From Vicugna vicugna (lineage: Eukaryota): a stretch of 20,000 nucleotides of DNA. The notes under the pieces are model-generated. The model had not been told where the DNA came from and ran no database searches. It worked only from the letters and a program-made list of their open reading frames with translations. The stretch is from the NCBI GenBank assembly GCA_013265495.1, contig MU061537.1, positions 726,076 through 746,075 of the forward strand. Reading direction: 5' to 3'. Of the stretch, positions 1 to 10,900 are shown piece after piece; position 1 is the first letter of the stretch, and each line of letters starts with the position of its first letter. The translations under genes were made by a program, and so were the position numbers.

Positions 1-2346
1 CCTGCGCTGCCTACTGCCTCCATTAGCAGAGACGCAGCTACCCCGTCCCCGCCTCCCTGGCCCCAGGGCTGAGCCCAGCAGAGGGAGGCACCAGATTTGG
101 CAGGGTCAGGACTTCTGACTTAACGTAGAGGGGGAGGGAAGGCAACAGGGGCTCCTAGCTGGCCTCACTTACACACCCCGAAGAACAGAACGTGCGAGTC
201 TGCTCCCAGGGGCATCCCTGGCGGCTGCCTGGTACCAGCACACCAAGCCAAGCAAGGGATCCTATAAGCAAAAGGCTGGGGCAGAAAAGGGGGATGTGCC
301 CTCGGGATAGGGAGACAATTTGGCTTTTCTTGGGGCATGCTGGCCCTCTGGACAGGTATTTGATTTTCTGGTGGAGAAAACCACACTTATATTTTTCCAA
401 TCATAGGATTTACTCCCCACCACACATGAAGAGACAATTGGGTGTGTGAATATGTACGTCTTTCTCACACACACCCCACCACACACACCTGCCTCAGAGA
501 GGCAGACACCACTTTCTGGGACAAGGCTGGAGAGGGGCCAGCAGAGCAAGGATTTCATGGGCATTGGATTACCAGGAACTTGAACAGGGCTCTGCCTAGT
601 CCCCACCTTTTGCCCCAACCCTGACAGACCCATCCCAGACCCTCAGAGTTGAAAAGGGGCAGGGGGTTCTCCTGGGGGCTTGTAGACCAGAGAACTGGGA
701 GGGAAGAAGTTTGAGTCTGTGAGGAAGGGATCTCACAGACTCAATGTGATAACAGTAACAGTGGCTCTCAGAATTTGCAGGAATAATTGAGGAAAATATA
801 GTTAGATCAGCAAGGAAGGAGACAGTGACAAAGAGAGGGTCCCACAGGATGTCAGCTTCCACTGAAGCCTGGGGGACACAAAAAAAGAAGTAGAAGAGGA
901 CCTGAATAGTCCTCCTCGTTGAAAACTTTTCCAGGCAGCAACAGCGAGTTAGGAACAGGCTGCAAGCAATGGATGCAGCCAAGAAGAGGTGGGTCATTGC
1001 TCCAGGCTGCAGTATAGGTCCCAAAATTTAGTTTTTTTTTTGGGGGGGGTGCCCCACCAGAGGCCCTAACACACCCCAATACTGCATAAGACTACAGCCC
1101 CCAGGAGCAGGGAAAGGGTGGCAGGTTGAAGAGGGGGTGGTGCTGAAACCGTAAAGGGTTAGCCAGCCTGTGGCCAGTGACGGAAGAGCGGAGGCCCTTT
1201 CTCCCAGGGGGAAAGCTGGCCAGAGGCCCCAGTGAAGGGAGTGGACTGTGGGTACCAAGGAAGACAAGGAACTCTCTTCAGGACATTAGAGTCCGTGCAG
1301 TGCACTGCATGATTAGGGCCAGGCCCTGAGGGAGGAGGCTGCTGACAAGTCCTTACCCTTAGAAGCCCCATCGCAAGTGCAGTCAGCCACCCACATTAGG
1401 CCCAGTCACCTGGACTCTGGTATGGGACAGTGACCCCTCCAACACAGATGTAGGAGTGACTGTCTGCTGGAGGCCTTCCCTGATTCAATGCCCTGGGAAG
1501 AAGGGCTCACTCCGTTCCTCAGGATCCTCAGAACCCTCTGAGTTTTGGACTTGGCAGCTCAGGTGATTGAGACCAGATTTTGATACCAAGAGCCTGGACT
1601 GGGGAGAAAATGAATCCCCAAGCTCAGGCCAAATATTAGTACCACACACCTGCAATTAACCTACTTGCCGGAGAGCCTCTGAGCCAGTAATTAACTAGGT
1701 GAAGCCCAGAAAACCAGTTTCACCAGCATCCTCCCCCCGCACCCCAACCCCCGCCCTCACTCCATAACGGTATAGGATCCTTAGCCTTGGGGGACCGGGA
1801 CAGACACTCAGAGCCACTCCTTCCTGTTTCCCGTTAAGCACATGGACGCTCTGACCGCCCTCCCGGAGTGGGCACAGTGGGCGGGTAAGAAAAAGCGGCA
1901 AGACCCTCCACTCTCCTCCCACTCTCGCCACGGGCTGTCTGGGCCAGGGGCCCCGCTGCGAGCCGGCTGCCAGGCAGGGGGCTCTCGCGCAGGTGGCCAC
2001 CGGGCTTGTCCACTCCCCAACAAAGGGGCGCCTGGGGCTCGGCCGTCCGCGAGCAGCCCCCGCGCCCGCACCTCCCGGCCCCTACCTGTTGTCCACCAGG
2101 GCTCCTCTGGGCTCGGGGCGGCGCGCCCGAGGACGCCCCCGCGCCTGGCCAGCCTGCCCCGGGGCGGCGCTGGGGGCCGGCCGCTCCCGCACGGCGCTCC
2201 GGCCCGCCCACTCTCCCTCCCCCGCCGGGCCCTGTGCGCGGAGCCGCGTCCGCGCGGCCCCCAGTCCTCCCAACTTTTCCGCGCCGCGTCCCGCCCCGCC
2301 CCTGCGCGCGGCGCCCCGGGGCCCCGGAGCGGGGGTCCCTACTCAC

Positions 2347-2480
2347 TCGGCGGCGGCGGCGGCGGCGGCGTCGCGGAGCTGGCCGGGCCGGGCGCCGCTG
2401 CTCCGTCTCTGCTCTGGTCCGAGCTCCGGGCCCCCTCCGGACTGGCTCCGCTCGCTCCTCTCCTCCCCCTTCCGCCCGCC
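2347..2480 (-). other. CERS2: Non-coding first exon, probably ceramide synthase 2; intron 1 runs off the left edge of the window
   Basis: Minus-strand donor CGA|GTGAGT at 2346-2341 inside the CpG island. Identity comes from the conserved order CERS2(-), ANXA9(+), MINDY1(-). No CERS2 coding sequence recognised in the window; 5' boundary approximate. Confidence 0.7.
2348..2370. repeat. (CGG)7 trinucleotide repeat in the 5'UTR exon
   Basis: cggcggcggcggcggcggcggcg read directly. Confidence 0.95.
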
Positions 2481-4969
2481 CGCCTGCCCGCTCCCTCCCT
2501 CCTTCCTCCTCCTCCCGCCGCCCGCCGAGCCCGGCCGAGCCGAACGCGAGCCCAGCCAGCCCCGGAAAGAAAGGCCGCGAGCAACACCGGAGCCGGGAGT
2601 CTGGGCGTGGGCCTGCGGCCCGGCGACGGAAGGAGAGACGAGGGCAGGCGGCGGGGCCTGCCGCCGCCCCCTTCCCGGCCCAGGGCGGGCGGCTGAGCCC
2701 CGGGACTCGAGCCCTCGCGGCGCCCGGCACTGGAAACACGGCACCGAGGGGAGAAGCCCCCGATGAGGGCTGGCAGTGTGGGGGGCTCTCCCAGCCTCAG
2801 GTCTCTCCGTTAGAGATGCGATGTAGTCTTCGGGGGACCCAGGACAGACCGGCTTGGTGCCCGAGGACCCGGGACGCGGAGCGGTCGGGCCCCCGCCTCA
2901 TCCCACCCGCCTCTGAATGCGGTCCTCGACCTCCCCCCAGCTGCGGCCCCCAGGTCCCTCTGCCCGACCCATTGCCACACTTCCCACCGCCTGGCCCCCT
3001 GGGCAGCGGAGGGAGGAGGGCGCCCCGGCTCCCGACGGGCGCAGCCCCGGGGAGTTCTTCCCAAGTGTCGCGCGTCGAGGCCGAGCGCCTCTCCAGGGCC
3101 GACCCAGGCAGCCGACCTTCCGAGCGCAGAGCCGGCGACCCCTAGGGCGACCCCCACCCCAGCCCCGCCGTAAAACCCACAGCGTTTCCACCCAAGTGCT
3201 GTAAAACCGACCCCAGAGGCACGTGTTCCCTACCGTAGTAGACCCTGAAAGAGCCCACCCCCAACTTTTGTTGTGTTGAATGTATTTGCTTTCGATCTAG
3301 ACTTTGGTTATCCGTATTCAAATTCATATTAAAAATGTTTTTTCCTTAGTCTGGTAAAACTGATGTTTCAGGAAGATGCAACATGTTTATCTTAGAAAAC
3401 TGGCCTGGATTCCTAGCGTGGACAGAGTGTGACTAAAACGTGTTGGAGGGCTTGCTTAGAGAGCGCCGGCCAGGTAGGGGTAACTTAATTTTTCACCTTG
3501 ATGAAATGTTGGCGTTCTTACACTGTCACGGTTAGAACCTCTGACAGTAGCTTGTTTCAAGGTTTATCTAGTCAAGTTCAGGTCCTTTGACAGTTCTCTT
3601 AAGAATGTGACCTCCCACCAATCCAGTTTGAGAGCTTGGCCCTCACTTAAGGCTTTTTCTGGAAAGGTAGAAACGCAGAAGTTGACTGACTTCCAAACTT
3701 CTCTTTTGCTCTTTGCAGTGGATCCCCCAGCCCAGGCCTACCACCAGGGAAATAAAACTCGTTTGCCCATCCTCTGGCCCCTGGCACCCTCAACTAGTCC
3801 CCAGAGGCGTCTTCAGCCTTTTTCAGCCCCAGACCTGCCTGATTTCCCAGTTCCCAGCAACCCCTCCAGCCCTTTGCTCCTTTGCCCCAGGCCGAACTCC
3901 TCCTTTATGAACATATCTTTCTACCCCTTTATTAGTCCCCTTCCCTCAGCCTTCCAAATTCCCTCTACTTTTCTTGAGTGCCCTCCCCAGATGTCCTCTA
4001 CCAGCAGGATTCCAGTGTCTCCTCTTTGGACCCTGCTAACCTTTGGGTAACTCTCTGCCTCCTCCCTATGTCTGTCCTACCTGGCTCCCCTCCTTTAGTT
4101 TCTGAGCCCTTTTCTCAGTTTTCCTAGAGGCCAGGCTTTCCCAAGGTCCCCACCAGGCTTTTCAAATGACTCCTCAGAAGACTGAAAACCAGTTAACTTT
4201 TTTGTAACATAGCTGTGGGGAGGGGAAGTTTGGAGCAGAAGCTCAATAGTCAAGGCCTGAAAAATAAAGATAAGAGGGTGTAGCCCTCCAGGAAACAAAG
4301 AAGATGGATGGAGCAGGGGAAACTGGGCCTCAGACAACTTTAGAATGATGCCACCAGTGTAGGAAGATGCACACACACACTCACTCTGCCTAGCTTGGAC
4401 CAGGAGGTCATGATCACCGGCCTTCTGACCATCCCCCACCACCCTGGGCTGGCACGGCCACACCCACAGTGCCCCAAGCTGCCTGTGTAGCCCTGACTCA
4501 CTTCCTCTGTATGGGCTGCTGAGGTGTCTAGGAGGCAGAGGACACTAACAGGCCTTCAGCCTGTGATTTAGGTACCGGGGCAGCCTTCGGGGATGTGCAA
4601 AGACAAGGACCCAGCTGTGGAAAGTGAGTCTTGGTCTTCCCAGGTCAGGCTGGCTCGTGCAACACAGAAGCCTGTTTGGGTAAAAGAGTAGAGCTTGGCT
4701 AGTACAAAAGCAGAGGGACTGAGGTGCCAGGAATTATGAGGAGAAAAAGTTTCATAACAAGAGGAAATATAGATGGGGGGGTTCTATATATTCTAAAATC
4801 ATGCAATGCAGAGTATTTGCAGAAAAGCAATATGAACTTAGAGTTCAACAAGTTTTCATGAGTCAACAGCTGAGTCTCCATTTACTACTGCTTGTCCTCC
4901 TGTATTCCACTAAGAGGAACCCCAAGTCAGCCACGCCCTCCTCTGAGTGACAAGGAAAACATTAAGAAG

Positions 4970-5090
4970 TTAGGAGACCTGGATTCTGGCTTCAACACCA
5001 TGGCCTTTGGAAGTCACTCAGCCTCCTTGAGTCAGTAACAAGAGGGTGGTAGACCAGGTCATCCCTAAGCTCTCCTCCAACTCAGAACTT
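4970..5090 (+). mobile_element. Degraded MIR-family SINE fragment
   Basis: ggagacctggattctgg...aagtcactcagcctc...tagaccaggtcatccctaagctctcctccaactc resembles the MIR consensus as I recall it. Confidence 0.5.
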
Positions 5091-5849
5091 CTAAAATTTA
5101 GAGCATAGGGGTGGAAGGTGATTTAGTAAATCTGAAAACAACCTCAGTCTGGCCCTAGAATTGAACAAAACAAAATCCAGGGACAAAAGGAGTGAGATTC
5201 CACCAGTTTCAGTGGAGGCTTTGTAAAGGCATCAAACACAATCCTCACACTCCTAGACAACCAGGACTACTCTTCTGCCTTCTCCAAATTCAGGATTCAG
5301 CCTTGCAGTTCAGCCAGCAGTCCCTTGCAGAGGTTTGGGCTAGGGAAACAAGAGCCCTCTCTCTCCTTTCATTTCCCCCTGAGCCTGCTTGGAACATGTG
5401 CCCAAGAAGACACTCTAACAGGTGCAGAAAGCCAGAGGCAGGGAACCCTGGCTGTGGAGCCACTGTACTGAAGTAACCCAGCCTAGAAAGTCATCGTGTG
5501 TCCTGAGGTCTGTCTCAGTGGGGTCCCTTGAGTAGAGGTCTACCTGCGGCTTTTCCCCTGGCCCTGCCTGCCCACCAAGCCCACTGGGAACCTCAGGAAA
5601 TCGCGCTTGCCAGCAAGTAGGCCCCTTGATATCTGCGGGTGGAGCCAGAGTCTGGGAGACCTCAAGTGGCCACCAGGGGGCTCGGGGCCCTTTCTCAGTG
5701 TTTTCTGATGCTCTCTTGTGGCCAGGTTGGGAATTGGCAAGAACAAAGTTACAGAAGAGAGCCAAGATTGGAATTCTTAAGGAGGCACTAATAATAGTTA
5801 TCAGTATAAAATAACATTATAACAATACTTATTATAACATAGTGGTTAC

Positions 5850-6085
5850 CATTTTGACATGTGTACTTACCATTTCTATACCCAGCCACTCTTCTAAAGT
5901 GCTTTACATGTATTGATTTATTTAATTCTCACAATAGCCTATAATATGAACACTGTTACTATCCCCATTTTGACAAGGAGGAAACTGAGCACAGAAAGGT
6001 TGAGGTAGTTGCGAACGTCACACAGCAGACCAGAATTCTGAGTCTAAGGAGTCTGGCTCCAGCACTTTTGCTTTTAATCACTGTA
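5850..6085 (-). mobile_element. MIR SINE
   Basis: Reverse MIR core: tttaattctcacaatagcc...tatccccattttgacaaggaggaaactgagcacagaaaggttgag...gtcacacagc...gtctggctccag. Confidence 0.85.
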
Positions 6086-7084
6086 CTGAATCTGAGTCCC
6101 TTTTTTCAGGTTGCCAGGTAAAATGCAGGAAAGCCAGTGAGGACCTTCCCAGGATGGGAGCATGGTAGAGGAGAGCAGACCACTCTCCGGCCTCTGCCCA
6201 GCCCCCACCCAACCTGTCTAGGGAGGCAGAAAGGAGACCGCTCCCAGGCCCTAGGGAGCTGGCTGTGAGGTCTGAATAATCACCTCCTCAGGGGCCCCTC
6301 GAGGCTCCCCAAGACTGTTCACCTGCTGTTCTCTGCACTGACAGCCTCCAGCCCAGCTGCTGGGTTTGTATCACCCGCAGCTAAACAGCACTAGCAGCCA
6401 AAAGGCAGCAGAAGGAGTCCGAGACACAGGGACCCAGGGAGCCTCCTTCATCTCCCTGTTGCTGCCTTTGGGGAGCGTGGCGCTTCTGTCTGCAGGGAAC
6501 ACCCTTGCGTTTTTCTCTCTTGGCCGCGGATCAGCTCCCACTTCCGGAATACCTGTGCCCTTCCTTCCCCAAAGGTATCACCCTCCCCACCCTACCACTC
6601 TTTTCCACCCACTTCCACTCTAATAAAGCAATAGTCAAGGGAGTTCCTGGGCCAGGACCCCCTCCGGGGTACAGGCTGGGGTGCCCTGCTGGTATGCGCC
6701 CCAACAGGTTTTTTTCTATCAGCCTTGAAATCACCCTGGAGCCTGTGTGACCTGCCCCCTAGGGAGCTAGAGTCAGAGGCAGTGCCAAGTCAGAAGCTGG
6801 ACTGAGAGACCGGACTTCTGTGGTCCCACCTGGCCCCACAGGGAAAGCAACGCACAAAGCCTCCAGTGTCCGGGCCGAGCTGCTGTGAGGCCGGTGGAGT
6901 TCCCTTGCGTGGGTTGAGGCCCATTTCCTGGGAGGAGAGATGCTCAGTAGGTAGGGAGGTGTTTGCCTGTGGGACCCAGTACAGCCTGGTCCTCTCCCAC
7001 ATTTGGGAGGGGCCAGAGCTGGAGACAACAGCTGGGCTGGTCTGCTGGCGGGGTCATCTGACTGGCGGTTCAGCTTGAGCCGCA

Positions 7085-7183
7085 CACACACCCTCTCCTG
7101 CAGCAGGCCACGCAGGAGCTGGTATCCACACGAGGCACACTGCCAGGCTTCGACGGCACCCGCTTCACCGCCAGCAGTTCTGG
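7085..7183 (+). other. ANXA9: Putative non-coding exon 1 of ANXA9
   Basis: Donor TGG|GTGAGC at 7184; sequence resembles the start of human ANXA9 mRNA as recalled; TSS approximate. Confidence 0.55.
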
Positions 7184-7303
7184 GTGAGCACTGGACCTGG
7201 GCTCTCATGCTGAGGGGATGGGGTGGGGATTACTTGTTGATCACTTGGGGGAGGGAGAAAGGAGTTTTTCTTTTCTAACATGAGTGCCTGCTCCCTTCTT
7301 TAG

Positions 7304-7390
7304 GTACCCATGTACCCACAAGAACACTTACGCACGTCAGCTAAGAGAGTGCACCTGCTGACCTAAAGCTCCCAGCCAGAGCCTCAGAGG
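7304..7390 (+). other. ANXA9: Putative non-coding exon 2 of ANXA9
   Basis: Acceptor ctcccttctttag|G at 7303 with a ctaac branch-like motif upstream; tcagctaagagagtgcacctgctgacct matches the recalled human 5'UTR. Donor AGG|GTGCGA is weak, so the 3' end is uncertain. Confidence 0.55.
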
Positions 7391-7873
7391 GTGCGAGGCA
7401 GACAGCGGAAGACAGCTCTGCAGGCGGGTGGCAGGGGCTTCCTTGTAGCTGGGACTGCAGGTGCTCCCACCCACATACTTAATCCTGCCACCTCGCCTCA
7501 CGTCCCCACGCTGCCCCAGGATCACCCAGCCAGGCCACGGGCGGAAGGGACGCAGACCTCAGAAGGGGATCATCCACCTCAGACCAAGGCCTGGGGAAAC
7601 TTGTGACCAGCCCTAGAGTCAGGGGGGGTTGTATGGTGCTGGTTTTAGCAGATCCCTGGTCAAACCTTGCTTCCTGAAGGAGGGTGAGCGGTGGGGAAGG
7701 TGGGGGCTCCCCCCTTACCCTCCACTTGGGCTCCCAAACCTGCCAAGCAGGTTGTTCCTTTTTCTGCAACAAGGGCAAAGGGAGGCCTGGGGGTCATAGA
7801 GAGACCCAGAGGGGCTGGGACGGTGCCTTGAGTTGGCTTCTGTTCCCCTCCCTCCGGGGCAGCCAGTCACGTC

Positions 7874-7948
7874 ATGTCTGTGAGCAGCCAGAAGACGGGA
7901 CCATCCCTGACTCAGGAGATCCTCAGCCACCTCGGCCTTACCAACAAG
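7874..7948 (+). CDS. ANXA9: ANXA9 coding exon 1 ([25 protein letters not shown])
   Basis: ATG at 7874 in gtcATGt context; donor AAG|GTAGGG. Confidence 0.95.
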
Positions 7949-10900
7949 GTAGGGGCTACTGGGATTGTAGGAATCTTTTGTTGTTGTTGTTGTTTTAATT
8001 ATTATAGCTACCCAGGGACTGTGGAAGGGCCAGGGAACAGGAAAGCAAGAGCCTGCCCTGAGGCTATGCCGAAGACCTGGCTGGGACACTGGGGGAGGGG
8101 TGTGAGCAGACAACTGGTACCCGCCTCCCACCTTGCTTTTACAGACTGCAGCTTGGGGCACCCTGGGCACCCTCAGGACCTTCCTGAGCTTCAGTGTGGA
8201 CAAGGATGTGCAGAGGCTGCTGAGGGCCATTGCAGGCAGAGGTGAGCCCCTTTCTCTCTGCACTTGGGAATCTGCCTTTTCAAAGCCTGTCTGTAGACCC
8301 AGAAGGAGCCAGGAAGGAGGAGCTGGCGATACTCAGTAGATGTTTGTGGAATGCCTTAATTCCTGTATATCAAGTACCACGGTAGGTATGTCGTCCCCAT
8401 TCTCACAACGCCTCTGTGAGGCAAGACTTGCTATTTCCATTTTACAGATGAGGAAACTGGGGCTCAGGGAGCTAATGAGGCTTGTGCAAGATCACACAGC
8501 TCGTGGTGGCAGAGCTGGGACTCTGATCCAAGACTGTGATCCCAAAAAGCTACTTCCCCCACCACCCTAGGCCACCTTTACCTAAATTTGAGTCAGACTT
8601 GATGCCATCTTGGCATCTTATTTGCATCTTCTCTGAGAGCAAATGGAAGTGTGGGTGACGCAGCCTTTTCTAGAACTTATCATTGCCTTTTCCGGAGGCT
8701 TCAGCTCCATGGAATAAGGGTGTCCTGACCCTGTGAAGACCCTACGTGGGCTGTGCCCAGCTCACAGCCCAGCACTCCTCTTGGTTCAGGTGTGGACCAC
8801 AATGCCATCGTGGACGTGCTCACCAACCGGAGCAGAGAGCAAAGGCAGCTCATCTCTCGAGCTTTCCAGGAACGCACCCAGCAGGTGAGACCACTCTGAC
8901 AGCCCCAGAGCAGTGGGCTGGAAGCCTTGGGCCACAGCAGTAGCAGTGGAGGCCAGCTCCTGCTCCCTGGCTAACCCTGGTGGAGCAGGGGGAAGCCTGG
9001 TGCTCAGGCCTGAGATGAAATCCATCCAAATATCCCCAAACCTTCCCACACATCTGGGACCTGTTCCTCTGCCATGGGGACCATTTCTTGTAGGATCTGC
9101 TGAAGTCCCTGCAGGCTGCACTCTCTGGCAACCTTGAGAGGATTGTGGTGGCTCTGCTGCAGCCTGCAGCCCATTTCGATGCCTGGGAATTGAAGACAGC
9201 CTTGAAGGTACCAGGAGAAGAGGTTTACCAGGGTGCCTGGGCGCGAGGACATGGTTGAGGGAAGGAGAGGGTTGACTGCCTTGCCTTTGCCCGCTCCAGA
9301 GGAGCGGACATGGCAGAAGCCCCCTTTAAGCAGCCTGTGCTGACCCGTAGAAGGACGAATAGTCAGCGTCTGCTCTCTGCTGTTCTAGTGACATGGCTCA
9401 GTCTCAGAGTGCCCCCCTGCCAATTTCTTGTAGGACTCAGGTTCTCCTGAGGATGTGGCCGTGGAAATTCTTGCCACCCGAACCCCGCCCCAGCTAAAAG
9501 AGTGCCTGGCAGTCTACAAGCACAGTAAGAGCGGGGAGGGGGCTCAAAGAACTGGAGAGGGATCTGCAGGACAGGTCTCTCCTCTCCTGCACTCCCTGCA
9601 GGCCCTCTGGAAGCCTGTCTGGTTCTATTCCCTTGGGGTCTCTCCTCCACCCACCCCTCTGCCAGGGAGAGAGTCAGATGTCATCATTAAAGAAAGAGAA
9701 GCAATGATTACCCATCTTAGTCCGGGGCTCCAGGGCGGACTCCAAGGTAATGATAACGTTGAGCCCTGTGACAGTCCCAAGGGCACCCATGTCATCTTCC
9801 CAGCCCCTTGCTGATTCTACCATCACAGCACATCCCAGCTGAGTGGAGCCTTGCGGCAGCCAGGGGGAAAGGTGGGGCCTGCTCTCTAAGTCACAGGTGT
9901 CAGTTCTCAGACCCCTGGCTGCTGGCCCTGCTCGACTGCCTCTTGCCTCACCTGCTAACTCGTAACCAGCTTCTTCTCATCCTCAGCCTGACACACCCCC
10001 TCTTGGTCTTGCTTTCCCCAGGGTTCCTTTGATGTCCAGTCTCAGCCTGTCTTCGTCACCTTTCTCCTACCTCTCTCCCTTCTGGCTCCTGTTTTTCCCT
10101 TTTCCCTTCCTCTTCTCTCTTTCCCACTCTTTCCCTTCTTCACTTTCCACCTGCCACATTACTCTTCCTTGCCTCCCAGGAGGGGGGGCCAGGCTCTAGC
10201 CATCCTGACTCAGAATACGGGTTTCCCTATCCTCTCTTCACTGTCTGACCACCACTCGAATAACAGATGCCTCCTCCCTCCTGCCTCCAGCAGGTCAGCA
10301 TCTGGAGATGAGGCCATTCCACAGTGCGTGATCCCGCAGCACATGGGTTACTCACAGTTTAGGGATGTTTTCGGGGTGACCACAGGGGTGCTTCTGCCTT
10401 ACATCCTGGGAACTAGGAACCATCAAGCAGGGAATGGCAGGATTGACAGAGCACAGGCATTTGGCAGGCCCTGAAGTTGTCCTCACTGGGAAAAACCAGG
10501 AGGATTCAGAGAACTCCTGACCCCACTCCAGATTTCCAGGTGGAGGCCAAGGAGGACATCAAATCTAAGACCAGTGGCTTCTTTCGGGATCTGCTCCTGG
10601 CCCTGGCCAAGGTGTGGAGGGCTGGCCTGTGGGGGACGGGAGTTACCCCACCGGGGAAGGAGGTGGGCTAGAGTGGGGAGCATTGCATGGTATAGTGAAC
10701 AGGAAAGGGCTTTGGGGGCGACCAGGGTTCGGTTTGTAGACCTGGAGATAAAGAGCTGCCCCTCAAAGAGCCTTCCTGAGAGAGCTTCTCATCCTAGGGG
10801 TGCCGGGAGAGCTACTCGGGGGTCACTGACTATAACCTGGCCGAACAGGACGTCCAGGTGAGCGGGTGCTGGGGAGTTTGCACAGCCTTGCACACGAGAC

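Larger units (their letters stand above)
1840..3200. promoter_or_regulatory. CpG island promoter (probably CERS2), with several GC boxes
   Basis: Very high GC and CpG density relative to the flanks; repeated CCGCCC/GGGCGG motifs; contains a strong minus-strand splice donor. Boundaries approximate. Confidence 0.9.

Noticed and set aside
1032..1049. T10 followed by G8 run
   Set aside because: Simple homopolymers in an intron; no further structure.
1296..1309. Perfect 14-bp palindrome TGCAGTGCACTGCA
   Set aside because: About one such palindrome is expected by chance in 20 kb (20000/4^7).
1695..3204. Long overlapping ORFs (250-380 aa) on both strands
   Set aside because: Arg/Pro/Gly/Ala-rich low-complexity translations expected from stop-codon scarcity in a CpG island; several frames are open and none resembles a known protein.
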